In this document: positions 1 through 13,600 of the stretch, piece after piece
Layout of the letters: the number at the start of each line of letters is the position of its first letter
Numbering within the stretch: the first letter of the stretch is position 1
DNA from: Klebsormidium nitens
Taxonomy: Eukaryota; Plantae; Klebsormidiophyceae
Direction of reading: 5' to 3'
DNA: 64,000 nucleotides
NCBI GenBank assembly: GCA_000708835.1
Contig: DF237300.1
Location: forward strand, 32,245-96,244
Made by a program: the position numbers and the translations under genes
Notes under the pieces: generated by a model
Seen by the model: the letters and a program-made list of their open reading frames with translations, nothing else
The model's database searches: none
Told to the model about the DNA's origin: nothing

Positions 1-486
1 TGACAAGGCAGCCAATTATGGTGAACGCAAAACCCGCCATTTTCACTGGTGTTCTTTCTGCATTGTTGCAGAACAATTGTTGGACAGCCCCTTGCTTGTA
101 GAGTCACCGATGGTTTTGGCCTTCTGGACCCCATCTCCCCCCCGCTCACAAGACAGTCACTTCTGGTTGGTTTGAAGCTCGGGGTCTGTTCAGATGCTTG
201 TAAACATCTAGAATGAATTGGAAAAACCGTTTAAGAAGGGACTGATTGCTTAGTGTATCTGCAGGAGTCCAATCTTTCCTCCACGTGTTGAACCCAGAGC
301 CAGATCAGAAACGATCAGCTCCCTTGAATACACGCTTCTCTCTGTTCTCTGCCATCTCCTTGAGAAACTACTTCCCCTGTGCCTACAACCCTGCAGCTCC
401 TTCAGATGGGCTTAACCAGATTTCCGGACGAGTAGAATCGACCAGAAAAAGTGGAGCAAGTTACGGAATTTCGTCGATACCTGCAG

Positions 487-3400
487 GAGTATGCCATTTC
501 CTCTATCCACCACCCGCGCAGCCACTTCATCGCAAAGTACCCCGACGGATCAACGCCACCCCCCCTGAACAACCGCAAGCGCTGGTTCATGCAGCGGGAC
601 GCGCCGGACGGCCGTCCAACCGGGCCCGACGCACGTGAGAAGCTTAAAGGTCTCCGGTGGATAATGGGGGACATGACTGAGAAGAATATCTTTAAAGGTT
701 CCCTGGAGGGCGGTCAGCAGGCCAGCTACATGGCACTCATCATGGCCGACAACAAGCTGACGACCTTCCCAATCTCGTCATGGTACGTGGGGCGATGAGG
801 TTCTGGTTGTGTGCGAATGGATGGGATGTCTACGTGTTCATCTCGCTTGGCTACTGTGTTCATTGGGTTGGAACTGCATACCCTGTGAGTTACAGGTGAT
901 GCATGTCTTATGCCTTAACGAGCTCTTCCATGGAATCTTCAGTTGTCTCTTGAAATTTCTACCAGAATTGGGAAAGCGAAATTCGGAAAGCCTTTTATCC
1001 CGAGTTTGCAGCCGGGCCCCGACTTTCTCGTGAGTTTTCCTGAAATATTGCACGTGATATGTCCCTCACTTCTGGTTTTGAGGACCCGTTCAAGGTTGCC
1101 TGATTTAGGAGAGGCTGTGCATGTGATTCAAGAGCATATCCCGAAGAAGCATTGGAACTACGACTGCAATAGCTGCGCTGACAACGATAGGCGTCAGCTT
1201 CGAGTCATACATGTAGAACTTCTGCAGACTTGAGGATCAGTGTCGTTCAAATTTTGGTTTGTTGCATCAAAGGAGAGTCACAGGAGCAGCTATCCAGGTT
1301 TAATATTGCAGTTACAGTATTGGATGAACGCTTTCCTTGCCCCAGGTACAATTTCCGCCACCAGATCAGCCTCAAGACGCGCACGCTCGAGGAAGCCGAA
1401 GAGCACATGAAGCGGCGCGAGCAAAGCTCCACCACTTACCAGCAATGGATGCTCCGCACCGCCAATTCGGGCACCGGCGCGTTTCCCGTGCAAAACGGGG
1501 GGGGCGCCGGCAGGGGAACGGTGCCGAGGGAAGAGGGGGGGGCGGTGAGCGATGACGACGGACAGGAGGATGCGCGCAGGACACGGCCGGCGAGGCGGGA
1601 CGAGGACGGGGATGAAGAGGCGGGGCGGGTGAGGGGCTTTTTGGTTTGGTTTTCTGGTGACTCAAGCCAGAGCAAGCTAGCTGGATTATTCTTGGAGGAG
1701 TGGGGCCAACCAAAGCGGGGAACCAAGTATCGGGCTGACACCTTAATCATTTGAAGAAGTTTTCTGTTTCCCTTTTTTTAATTCGGCTCTCGACTCGGAT
1801 ATCGTTTCTCCTTTGCTAGATTGCACCTATCAAAGCAGTCTTGATTGGGAAGTGCAGGCAACTTTTTGGCCAATAGAAGCTCTCGACGGACTTGTCTTCG
1901 ATCTCAATCAATGAGAACCCGGTCGCAATCAAGGATCCCCGCTCGCAACCCCATGTCAGCGTCTTCTTTTCCGGCCGTGGTGTCTGAACGGGCCCCAAAG
2001 CTTAGCCTATCCATCCGGAACGTTGGAAGCGCAGCAAAATGAAGCGTTCCATGTTCCAGTCCCTTTAAAACAGGAATAAAAAGCATCTAGATCCGATTGA
2101 TAGAGCGTGAGGGGCTCAAGCCTCTTGTCCGCTCTTATTCTCCTGAGAACTCCAGATTGCAAAGAGACCTACCGCATGGGTAGGTCCTGAATTTCGCTTT
2201 GCTCAAAGGGAGGGAGCGTTAATATGTGGTGAAGATGAAGGTATGAGAAGGTCTGGTCGAAACACGGACTCTGAAGAGGCCCTGTCAGACGGGTGAGTAA
2301 CAGGTGGGAGCTTTGCTTTCGATCCGCAGGGCAAGGACTGGGAGCACGACAGGAGTTTCCCACGAGAACAGTCCCTCGAGCTGCTATTCTCGATACTTTC
2401 TGTCAGAGACAGGAGACCTTCACGCCCTAAGAACGATTTTTGATCTGCTACGTTCAAGACGGGGGCGGTTCTAAATAGTGGTATTTTGAAGAGGCCTCGT
2501 CAGACTGCCGCGAGACGGCGGATAAATTTTTGGTCCTGCGCAGGGTGAGGATTGGGAACACGATAAGGCCTTTTCAGGAAAGCTGTCTTTCGACCTGCTA
2601 GTCGTGATACTTTTTCGAAAGACGGCAAAAGTTTTATGCCATAAGGTCGACCTTCGATCTGCACAATAATTTCGTGCATATGCCTCGTCAGAGCCCAGAG
2701 AAACGGGGAACAATGATCGCGGTTCCTGTGCAGGGCAAGGACTGGGTGCACGTCGAAGCGTAACTTTAAAGGATGCCTTGACAGCAAACAGATTTCCGTA
2801 AGGCCTTGTTCGAAAGGGAAGTAACAGGTGGGAGTTTTGCTTTTCGTTTGCAGGGGGAGGACTGGGAGCACGACGAGGCCTTTTCGGACGACGACGAGGC
2901 GCCTGGGACCGGCGAGCCGGAAGAGCGGGAGGAGCAAGAGCAGGACAAGAAGGCACCGCCACCGAAAGAGATGCAGGTGGGGCACAGCTGCACACTTGCA
3001 ACCAATGTCGTTTCTTTGTATCTATGTTCTCTTGTCATTCTTCTGCAGGACTAGATTGTTGTTTACCTAATCTGGAAGGTTAGATCAAAAAGGCGCCGCC
3101 ACCGTAAGAGATGCAGGTCAGGGTCAATGTCAAGATTTGCAGCCTATGTATGTCCCACAACACGCAGCTGGAGTGGCAGCAGAGCGACGGCGAAGTTTAT
3201 TGCAGATATTAGGGTTGCCGTAGGCAGTGTTCATTGAATGCCTGTTTCGTCGACCAGATTCAATTAGAAATATTTGACTTGGGCGCCGGAGGATCTGGGG
3301 GTAGCGCGGCTGCCGATCGTGAGCCTCTCACGTTCAAGCATTTTATCCAGGTGATTTCGCTGCAGAAGCCAGAAAGACATGTTCAAATCAGTCGCCATGT

Positions 3401-6299
3401 TGCTGTACAAATCGGAGGGAAGCGTAACAGTAGAACGGCTGTTAGTTGTCAGTGTCAAGAGCTTCTTAGGCATCGACTTTTCGTGAAGTTCGCCAAAGAA
3501 GTTACACAGGAGCGTTTGGCTCGGTCGCTGAAACGCAGGAGGAGTCGGAGGGCCATAGCAGCGGCTGTCACGTGTGAGTTTTCGTTTCTAGGCAATTATT
3601 TTATTGGATTCAAAAGATCCTGAACGCGGAAGTTCTGCAGATATGTTCAACTCGGTCGTCGAATTGCAGGAGGAGTTGGAGGGGCAGCGCAGCGACAGCG
3701 AGGGCGAGGGCAGCGGCGAGGGCAAGCAGCTGCAACGGCTGCTCAAAGAGACGGGAGAAGGGGACGACGACGAAGAAGAGGAAGAAGAGGAGGATGAAGA
3801 CGAGGAGGTGGGGCAGCCTTTTCTATTGACATCATCTCCAATTCCTAACCTTGCCGCTCTGTAAAAAATCCAGGTATGGCTCTGATTCAAGCTTTTGTGA
3901 GCGCTCGAAATCCTGAATCTCTGCGTCTTCAGAAGCTTTGGGGCCAAAACACGAGGCGGGGCTTTTGTTATGAAAACTGGTGTCATCAACCGTTCTGCAG
4001 GAGAACGAGGACCTGCTAGAAAAGATCGGCGCGCTCGGCGCGGGAGCGGAATCGCGGCCGGCGCCGAAAGCGCGCGAGGCTTCCGTCGAGCCCGGGGCCG
4101 GAGCGGGCCCCAGCGGACGGCCGGGCACGGCGGGGGGCAAGCGGAAGGATATGGCGGGACCCCCCCAGGCCGCGCAGAAGAAGCAGAAAGTGGAGACGGC
4201 ACCGGTGAGAAACTTTTAGGTGCTGGGCTGTGATGCTGACTGGTATGGCAAGAAGGGGAGGCGTTCGGGAATGGGTTCTGGTTCGTTCTGAATATGTGCC
4301 CGGGGGATGTTCTGTGTTTGGTTGCTTGCTTGTCACCTGCGGTTTGAGAGTTGGTCATGAGGAGTTCGCAAACTTAGAGCTTGGAAAGCAAATGTAAGAT
4401 GAAATTGCATGATCTTGCAGACTGTCTCTTCGCAAGATTCCCCACTGAAATGAACTGTTTGGTACATGCGAAAACAGAATCTGGGGAGGTTGCTGTAGGG
4501 GACTGGGATTGTAGAATTGTCGCTTCAGGTAGTCCCTCATTAGGGGCCTTAGTCACTAAGTAAGATAACCTTTTGGGATGTTGCTGATGTATTACGCTGG
4601 GAACTCTGCTGCTGCCGCCTTGACTCCTGTCGAAACACCCTAAGCTCAACGCCCTCTCTAGCCGTCCCTTCAGCTTCTGATGCCCTGGACCTCCGGTCGC
4701 AATTTCCTCGCGAGAGCAAAGGCAAGCCCGCAGCTGGTCCAACGCGAAAGCAGTTCGTCCCTTAGAGGGACACCAGTCCAACCGCCCTTCCAATCATTCA
4801 TACCTTTTCGCGTATACCAAAGCAGCGCCAACATACCTAGAAGGAACACATTCAGGGACTGTGTTGAGCTTACACCGCCCCCCGATGGCGGTTGGATCCC
4901 CTCTTCCAATCTTGAGAAGAACTGCTCAAATCACGTCTTCGTTGCCCCGCAGAAACCTCCGGTCGCCGCCCCAGCCGGCCCGAGCAAACCGCCGGCGGCC
5001 GCGCCGAAGGCCGCGGAGAAGCCGGCCAACCCGCGCATGCTGACGGTGGAGTTCCTGAAGGAGACGCTGCGGGAGACGGGGCCTATGACGCTGAAAGACT
5101 TGCTGGCGCTGCTCAAGAAGAGGAACTGCAACCCGCAAACCAAAGAGGTGGGCACGTGCTCGAGTTTTTGGTTTCTGGGGTTTTGGGTTTCCAGGGTTTG
5201 GTAGTAGGGTTCTAAATGGAGACGCTGCAAGTGACCGGGCCCACAACGCTGAAGGAGCTGCTGGCACGACTCAAAAAGAGGAAGTGCAACCCGCAGACCA
5301 GAGAGGTGGGCGAAGGGCTTTCATCCTTAATCCACTGTCTTCACTTCCATTTTATCCGAAAATGTCGACTCTGCGCTTTTATGTTGGTCGGGTGCTGGGG
5401 GACAGACGCTGCGGAAGTCCCCTGACGCTGAAGAAGAGGAATTACACCCCGCGGAACAAAGGGGGGGACACATGCTCGATTATCTGAGTTCTGACTTTTC
5501 GGATTTTGGACTTCGATCGGAAATTGGCGTTCTGGAAGGAAAACGCCGTGGGAGATTGGATTCAAGATACTGACGGACCTGCTGGCGCTGCTCAAGAAGA
5601 GGACGTGCAACCCGGAGATCAAGGAGGTGAGCGCGCACGCGACCTTTTGGAGGGTCCATGTTTCCGCGTCCATAACTCGGTTTGAGAACGAAAGGAGGCC
5701 TTGCGGATGATTGGACATTCGAAGCTAGATAACCTCCTGACGGCCTTAGTACGGAGCTGATGGTGGCAGACTGATGATTCGAGGGTCGTCTCTTCATGGC
5801 AAGCTGTTTTTCCTGTCTTAAGCCTTATTCAGAACAAGAGAAAAGGGTTTGAAGTCTGGACGGACTGGCTATCAGTCGTAGATTAGGCGGGGCTCATGTC
5901 AGCGGGGTTTTTGTTAGACTCTCGCCGCCAACCAAGGGGATGTGCGATTTGCAGGGCAAAGACTTGGGTCAAATGAGAAATATATGTTTCTCAAAGCCAA
6001 GCTTCAGCATCTCGTCATTTACATAGACCGTCATTATGGTCATACTGTGTGATTCCACACGGACTCGGCTTACCGTATCAGCTTTCTGGTCTACTTGAAT
6101 CCCCTCATCATTGGAAAGCCGCGCTTAGGAGATTTCCAAACCCTCAAAAGCCCGGCAGTTGTGCACCTTCAGGAAAGATAAACTCAACTAGTCTGAATTC
6201 GTTTTCTTCCAGGAAAAGGACAACCTGCAAGCCGTCATCAAGAAGGCGGTCAGCGTGGAGAAGATCAACGGAGTCAGCATGCTTCGTGCGAAGAACTAA
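487..6299 (+). CDS. RAP74: Transcription initiation factor IIF large (alpha) subunit; 5' exon(s) upstream of the window
   Basis: Phase-consistent exons 487-782, 1346-1628, 2854-2976, 3670-3807, 4001-4204, 4953-5147, 6213-6299 (1326 nt). Translation matches plant TFIIF-alpha motifs: EY..HFI, REKLK.W, LEG.Q.SY, SWYNF, TLEEAEEHMK, YQQWM, GEDWEHDE.FSDDDE, an acidic/charged middle and a C-terminal winged-helix-like segment. Confidence 0.93.
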
Positions 6300-7874
6300 T
6301 GCGGGTCCAGGTTCGGATGGTTGGTTTCAACCGTTCGCTAGCAACTTGACCGATTTGCTCCATGGTCGGTGAGAAGCCACCAGAGAAAAGTGCGCCAAAG
6401 CAGAATTCGCAAGGCAACAAAAGGTTGCCAGTGGGGCGGCAAGATGAGGTGGAGGTGCAGTGCGTCGTCTTTGGAAGGCAAGCGCCTCAAGTCGAGCAGG
6501 ATCAAGCACGGAAGATCAATACTGCGTAGTTTGGTGGGGCATTCAAGCGACCAGTGCGGCGGTGACCTTTGTGAATGAGAGTACTGGTTTAAGTCCTTCA
6601 AGAGAAGGTAGCGCCAGGCTGGACATTGACAAACGAGTGCTTTACTTTCTGCTTGAGGGGAAGCTTTGGCTTTCAAACTGAGAGCGAGTAGTGGTACCTA
6701 ACTTCTTGTGCGAAGTGCGAATTGGTGAAGTAAAGAAAATCTGGAGAGGGGATTCGTTGAATGGATGCAAGAGAACCTTTTACAACTGAGGAATGCAAGT
6801 GATCCTTTGTACTGAAAATTTCTCGTGCCGTGACCTGATCGTGCAGTCATGATTGATCATGGAAGTCTGCTACTAACCTGCGAAATCGTGAACACAACCG
6901 GAATGGCTGCCACATGTGTGCTGTGAGGTCGGGAATCGATCCATCGTATTCTATATGCTGACTCTTGTGCGCGCACTCTGCAGATCGCATAACTTGAAAT
7001 CGTGACTGAGTGGACCAATCACATTTATGCACTAAAAAAGATTACCTACTAGATTATATATTTCTGAGATTCTAGCCCGTCTACGACAGATCTGTATCGC
7101 GATATCGATCAGTCAGTGCAGGGAAATATGAAAATATATGTGACCGGGCGCAGAAACTTGCATGCCGTTCCATGATGGGCCTGACTGCATGTCTATATTC
7201 ACGGCGCGAGCTGTACCGCATGCACATGACCCGCATTCGCGTCATGGCCGCACGCAGATTTTTTTTTGGTTTGATTATATACTTATATAAGCAAAAATTG
7301 GTTCAGATCAATCTCCGGCCATTGGAAGCAACTTACTGAGTGCATGTGGCGAGTTACGTCAAGTTTGAAGTGCATCGCGCGTCCGCTTCATTTGAAACGT
7401 CTGTTATGCTCTCGGTCAATCGGGCCTAGCTGCCTCAGACCATGAATTCAGATCGATCCAAAAAAGCCGATAAGAGGAGCTGGAGCTGAGAGTACGCAGG
7501 CCCGCAACGATCCACATGATCTTTGGCGGCATGGTGCACTACCGGTTGGAAACGTCGAATCTCACATGCTGAGCCATATCGTGGTTCTTGATTGGATCAT
7601 GTTGGATCAGGATGCTCAGTTTGCAACGAATCTGAGAGAGCTAGAGATTGTCCTTACCCTGCCCCAGTCTTAATGGAGAGCGTCTTTAACCAAGTAGCCT
7701 GATGTGTATTCGATATCTTGCATATTTGAGCTCGACTTTAACCGTCTCGTTTACGACCTATGTATCTTGATCTACCTACATGCATCTACATTGTCCAGCT
7801 CAACATGAGTCCGCCTGTTTGCTAACACTGGTCTATAGCTATAAAGTCACAACGTCGTTGAAGTTGCAGCAACT

Positions 7875-9159
7875 TCAATCTTTCGAGAACTTTCTAATAT
7901 CCGAGTTAGCCATGAATTGTTCCCAGTTTTGGCCGTCAGCCTGATGAATGGTCACACTGCGTACTGTACCCGGATCCAAGCAATGCACGGTAACCGCATA
8001 GCCGTCTGGATTCGATCGCGGCACGTAAAAGGAGCAGATCCCGCACACTTTACAAAACAAATGCTGCAGAAAACGGGGAACACGTGGCTGCTGAACGGCT
8101 TGACTAACTTCAAATGCAGACTCCAACAGTTCATGAGAGTGGAGAGTTGAAGGAATGGGTCGTTTGAATACTGCACAGCAACAATTGGTCCAGAGTGAAA
8201 TTCTTGTATGGTAGAATATAAGGAGGTAGGCTGCACCTCACCTTGGCAACTCCTGTGTTGAACTGGTAGTTAGAGAGATACTTTCCACTACCTTTCTGGA
8301 GATGAAATCTTGTGCTAGGCACAATGAAGTGTGTGTTTCTTTTCATCGCACATATTGAGCAGTTGCAGTCCCACACAACCAGGTCTGCTGGTGCATCCAC
8401 CTGTAAGGAGCGAACATGCCAGTCACAGTTTGTAACTCAATTGTGGTTCAGTGTCCTTCTGCAACTAGATGCAACCCATAAAGCAATCTTCATCGCTGAC
8501 AAGTTGATTGCTAAAGACATGGCCGCTGCTTGTGATGATGTCAGGAGAGAATCTGATCAAACCGTGGACACAGAGGCTCTCAAGTGATTAAACAGAGCTG
8601 CAGCAGTGCACCCTGCTAGCTGATTGCTGTCAACCGGCAAAATGAGGGTCAGCTCCGTGATACATTGCAGAAAGTTTTTGCCTGAAAATATCCAATTGTT
8701 GTATTGTGCCTGATCTGGTAGGTCTCTCCAGCTAGACAATGCTCGCTTGTCGCACACAGTTTGCTTGCTCAAGAACAAAGGCAGGAAGAAGCAATGCAAG
8801 CTGGCCAGGACTGGATTGCTCAAGGACGGCGCAGCAACTTTTCGGGCAGAAAGCCAATACAAGCTGGTCTAAAGATAGAGAATTATTTTCCAATGCTGTG
8901 CTAGATGCAACAGTGATTAGCAGGCCCTCTTTGTTGTTGGCCCCGTTATTGTGAAAGCTTGATATCTTGAACAGCAGAAATGTGTCAGAGTATTCGAGTT
9001 TGGTATAGCTTGCAGGAAGTTTAAGTGTCATAAGAGAAGCAAGTGAAGCCCCACTGCACTCACCTCAAAGCGAACGCTACGGCAGTGACAACCGCCAGCA
9101 TGCCTGACAAGCTGGCCTTCTCCCGCCTGCTCACTCGCTGTCTTCAGCTCAACATGCAT
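7875..9159 (-). CDS. GFA/Mss4-like (CENP-V family) zinc-binding protein
   Basis: Exons 9159-9064, 8400-8242, 8063-7875, all phase 0. Motifs HAGGCHCRSVRFEV, DCNCSIC, YQFNTGVAKHLFCKVCGI and RSNPDG are typical of GFA/CENP-V. The start codon could lie further upstream. Confidence 0.9.
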
Positions 9160-10686
9160 TCTCAATGCTGATCAAACAGAAGGCGTTTTCCCAGATTGCT
9201 CAACCAACTCAGGACCCAACTCAAAACCCGTGCTCAGAGTCGCTAGCTTTCGTGCAGCGCTAGGAATTCGAAACAGGGCCAAACTTTCTTTTGTATGATG
9301 GCTCTTTTGAGATCTTGCAAAGACAGCCAGGATTTGAAACCGTAAGTACTTATCGTGCCTCCATTTAAATTTGAAGGTTTTATAGCTGTAATATTAGTCA
9401 AGAAGCGAAGCTTGAGAAGCTTCAGTAATTCATGCGCAGCAGATTGCTTGTCTTGAGCTCACTATAGCCTCCAGTCTACCTACCTACTGTCCAGAGGTCC
9501 AGGTGCTGTCGCCAGAAATAGCTGCCGCGGGTCGCCCTAGCGGTGCCGTCGTTACAAAAGTTGAAGGTCCAATAGACCCCGTAGCTCAAGAAACGGCAGG
9601 TCCTCAAACCGGTCCTCACTTTCCGAGTGACCCGTTACGGCGACCAGTTATCCGACACATCCTAATAGTTCATCGAAAATGCAAGCTCACTGTCGCAAGT
9701 TCCTTGTATCCTCGTCCATTCATCGCCAGGCGCAGGCTGTTTTTGAAAGAAAATCATGGATTCTATCGGCGGCGGCTCAATTCAAGTATCAACATCGCAG
9801 GCCTCTCACAGCGCACGGGTCCAGTATAACCATATTCGATAAGATATTCTTGTCAGACAATCTGGCTTTCACCATCACAAGCCTGCTAGTATGCACACAT
9901 ATTTCAAGAGTTCAGCTTGATCCGTTTATACTCCACAGTGCTCTAGAACTCAAACGATTGTCGCCCTTGAAATCAACCACGCTGCCTGAATACTGTGCAG
10001 ACTTGCTTGACTCTGTCGCATGCATGGCAGAGACAGTGTGTTTCTATGCTGGTCACGTTTGAAACGGCGGTCAAGTATACCGGCACTTCGAGCTGCTTTG
10101 AAGCGAAGTTCGAAGGGATTCTGACAGCGCTTGCAGATGCCACCGACTATAATTGAGCTGATATTCAAGGAATCTGCAGATGGGACTCGAGGTGCTAAGT
10201 GTTAAGATGGACTGAATCGACGAAGTGTGCACGCATCCCACGACACGAGGGACCTTACTTTTCCCTCTGAACGCAGTCTCGTTAACAGAATCACGTAGAA
10301 AACGGTGAAAAATGGGGAATGTTCGACTGAACGGTTGGTTCACTTGCAGAGGTATACTGATTGCATCTCTAGTTTCGTACGATTAACGGGCCTCCAGTTC
10401 GATTCTGAATCTCAACTTCTCGAGACTGAGTTCGCCTCACTTTACACCTTCCTCTCGCCTGTAGGTAATTTTACTTACGATACATCCGTCGGCCGCCTAC
10501 TTATCTAGGAAGCTCCCTCTCAATCTCGAACCGTGTCCTCAAGCTGTGTTTTCCTTCCGTTAGCAGTCCGGTCTTTTCGCATCACACTCCGGCAGAAATG
10601 CTGGTCCTTTCATACTACTGTACGTATTTATCAGTAAGGTCAGTCGGATCTCAAGGGATTTTTCCTGATGGGCATCGACGATTTTG

Positions 10687-13600
10687 CTAACGGCCACTTG
10701 TGCCTGCTGACCCGCTGCTGGGCGCATTGAGACACGTGCCCCCGGTTCCCGGTTTGGTGAACGGGGGGCTTGCCCCGTGGCACCGTGCCTCGCACTCGTT
10801 GCCGTACAGGGCCCCGGTTGAAGAACAGACCGGGGAATAGACAGCGATACAGATGCACTGGCCTGCAAGCGACATGCTTAGTAGGTTCAGAAAAAAAGGT
10901 CGACGTCCTTCTGCACGGCCCGGGATTCTCAAGACTTGACTAAACCCGGAAAACGTCTTTTGAGGAGGAGTCGAGCGACAAAACGGGGACGCACGATGAA
11001 CTGTCCGCCAATAGAGCAAGCTGAAAGGTAGATCCAAGTCATAATGCATGTTTGCCGACGAAGTGCGGTGGTTCAGCTGATTGCGGCCTTGGACCTTCGA
11101 AAGCAGAGCTATCGTGGAGTTCCTAAAGCTGTCAAAGTCGGAATCAACATCCGTTTCACGGTCCGTCAACTCCTTGACCGATATCCCTCTTCGTCCTCCA
11201 TCATTCAGGACTGAAGAATTGATTGCGCCTTGTTGAACCTTGTTGAACAGGATTATCAGAAAACGTCGACGAGAGTCAAGAAGATAACCACCAAGAAACA
11301 GCTCCAGAAACGCTCGTCAAGTTTAAACCAATCGCGGTTCTGATCTTACCGCAAGCTCCTGGGAAGTAGGACTTCTTGGCGCATTTGGCGAGGCATGCGT
11401 TCTTGTACGTCTTGCCGTCGGACCCGCACACCGGGTTCTGGTCGTTGGAGCAGCCGCACGAGCTCGTCTGGGCGCCTGCAAACCATTCCGGATTCGTCAC
11501 TTTACGGGAAACAGAAAGTGAGTTGAAACGGGCTTTCCGTAGCTCTGGCTTGCGTTTGTTCAAGACTTGCCGTTTGAACCCGCACACAGGGTTCTGTCGT
11601 TGGAGCAGCCGCACGAACTCGTCTGGGCGCCTGCAAACCATTCCGGATTGGTCACGACCTTGGAAAGAGAATTATTTACATACGGGCTTTCCGTATCTTT
11701 GGCGGAGCTTGCGATTCTTCATGACTTGCCGTTGGAATCGGCACACCGAATTTTGGCTCGTTGGAGCAGCCGCACGAGCTGGCCTGAGCGCCTGCAAACG
11801 ACTCCATATTCGTCCCGAGAGTGAATCTACAATCTCGTCGTTCTGGGCTCTTTGTCTGTTTAAGAGTATTGCATCGCTGTTCGCTGTGAAACGGCCTTCT
11901 GTAGGACAGTCGCTCTCGACCTTCCTAAAAAGACGGCCACAGAGAGAGAGACACTCCTCCGCCTTTACTGGACGAGTGACCAGGTTTTCTTGAGGCAGAA
12001 GTGAACATATCGTGCCCCAGGAATTGAGACGGCTCTGAGTAGCTAGGCGCCGTTGAGTAAATTGTTTTCCGATGGCAGACCTCGATTCCGTTCACACGAT
12101 GAGCTACGGCGCAGGAGCGGAACCGGAACAGCGAGTATGAGAGACACCCTTCACGATTTTGGTGAAGGGCGACAAGGAAAGACGCTGCAGCGAGTCTTAT
12201 ACGGATCACCATCCACGTTTCCCACTCAGTTCATAGTCAGCCATTGTTATCTTCCGCTGGCCACCTAGTCGCCACTTATTCGTGGCAAGAGGCAGTCCAG
12301 AAAAGCAAAGCGTCTATTTGCATTAGAAAAGGGTCTTCTGACCTGCCTCCCCTTGAACCACAGCACTTCGAACGATGACGTGCTTTTGACTATCCTAGAG
12401 TTTGACAGAGGTGTCAGAACGGAAGCAAACGAAGTGATGTCTGGAAAAGGGGAGTGCACGTGACGTCAGGCTCACCGCATTCCCCCTTCTTGTAAGGACC
12501 GCTGATGCCGTGGCATTGCGCGTCGCACGTGTTGATGTACGTCTTGTTGTCGGATCCGCACACTGGCACCCAGTCGGTTGGGCAGTTGCACGAACCTGGA
12601 GACACGTGGCAGAAAGTGACGTCAGAAGGGAACCAAACAATGTCTGTAAATCGCGGTAAATTTAGGGATGGAGTTTTATCAATGGAGCATAATCTACTTA
12701 CAGCATCCACCACAGTCGCAGGAAGCCACGATACTCGCTGAAATGGCGGATTAAGAACCTCTTCTCCAGAAAACGCAATGACATACCCTGAGTCCCTTCA
12801 AAGAAATTCTCGGCACCGAAAAGCGTTGAATGAGACGCTCGCAAGGCCTCAGAAGAGATCTGTCCCGCTGGGGAATCGGTTGGAAATCGAACCACAAAGC
12901 ATACGAATCCTAATGAAAGCGACCAACTAGATGTCTGTCTAAGGAGAAGAGTCTGTTTGCCCATAGCCGAAACGTCGAAAAAGTATACTGCTTTGCCTTT
13001 TTTTGTTCCCTCGGAAAGAGGAAATTGGATAAATCCTACGTGGAGAAACCTGCGAAGCGGCTTGTATCGGAGGTAAGTACGCTCGGCGAAGCGGAGCGAC
13101 GCTGAAGGCAAGGCCCCAGCAATGAGCTTCTTCCCTGAAAGATGAACCGCAATCCTGCCGAGTCGCTTTCAAAGTTAAGCTTTTTGGCGCTTGCAAAATC
13201 GACGAAGCGGAGCGACGCTGACTGCTCGCTGCACGGCCCCGGGAATGAGCTCCTTCCCCTGTCCTAGAAGATGAACCGCAATTCTACTAGGTTGCTTTTT
13301 CCATTCAAGGCCTTTAGCCCCTACACATTCGGCGAAGAAGGAGAGACAACTAGTTGCTCACCGCAGGGCCCCGGGAAATAGCTCGCCCCCTTGCACTTGG
13401 CCATGCACGCGTTCTGGTACGTCACACCGTCCTGCCCGCACACCTGGTACGTCGAGTTATCGCACCCGCAGCCGGCGGGGGTGGCTGGCGCGGGGGCCGG
13501 AGCGGGCGCACGCGCGGGGCCTTGAGCTGCAGAATTCCGTACTTTTCTTTTTCACTCTTTGTCTTTTAGATTCGTTCCTGGTTGAAGGCACGGGTATTTC

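Noticed and set aside
5040-5632. Regularly spaced repeats as a CRISPR array (also 11350-11800, 41340-42050, 52240-52760)
   Set aside because: The units are degenerate copies of host exon ends, not identical short repeats with unique spacers, and no cas genes are present.
6300-7874. Hidden gene or element between the TFIIF and GFA 3' ends
   Set aside because: The short ORFs have no recognisable motifs, no consistent splice chain, and no terminal repeats.
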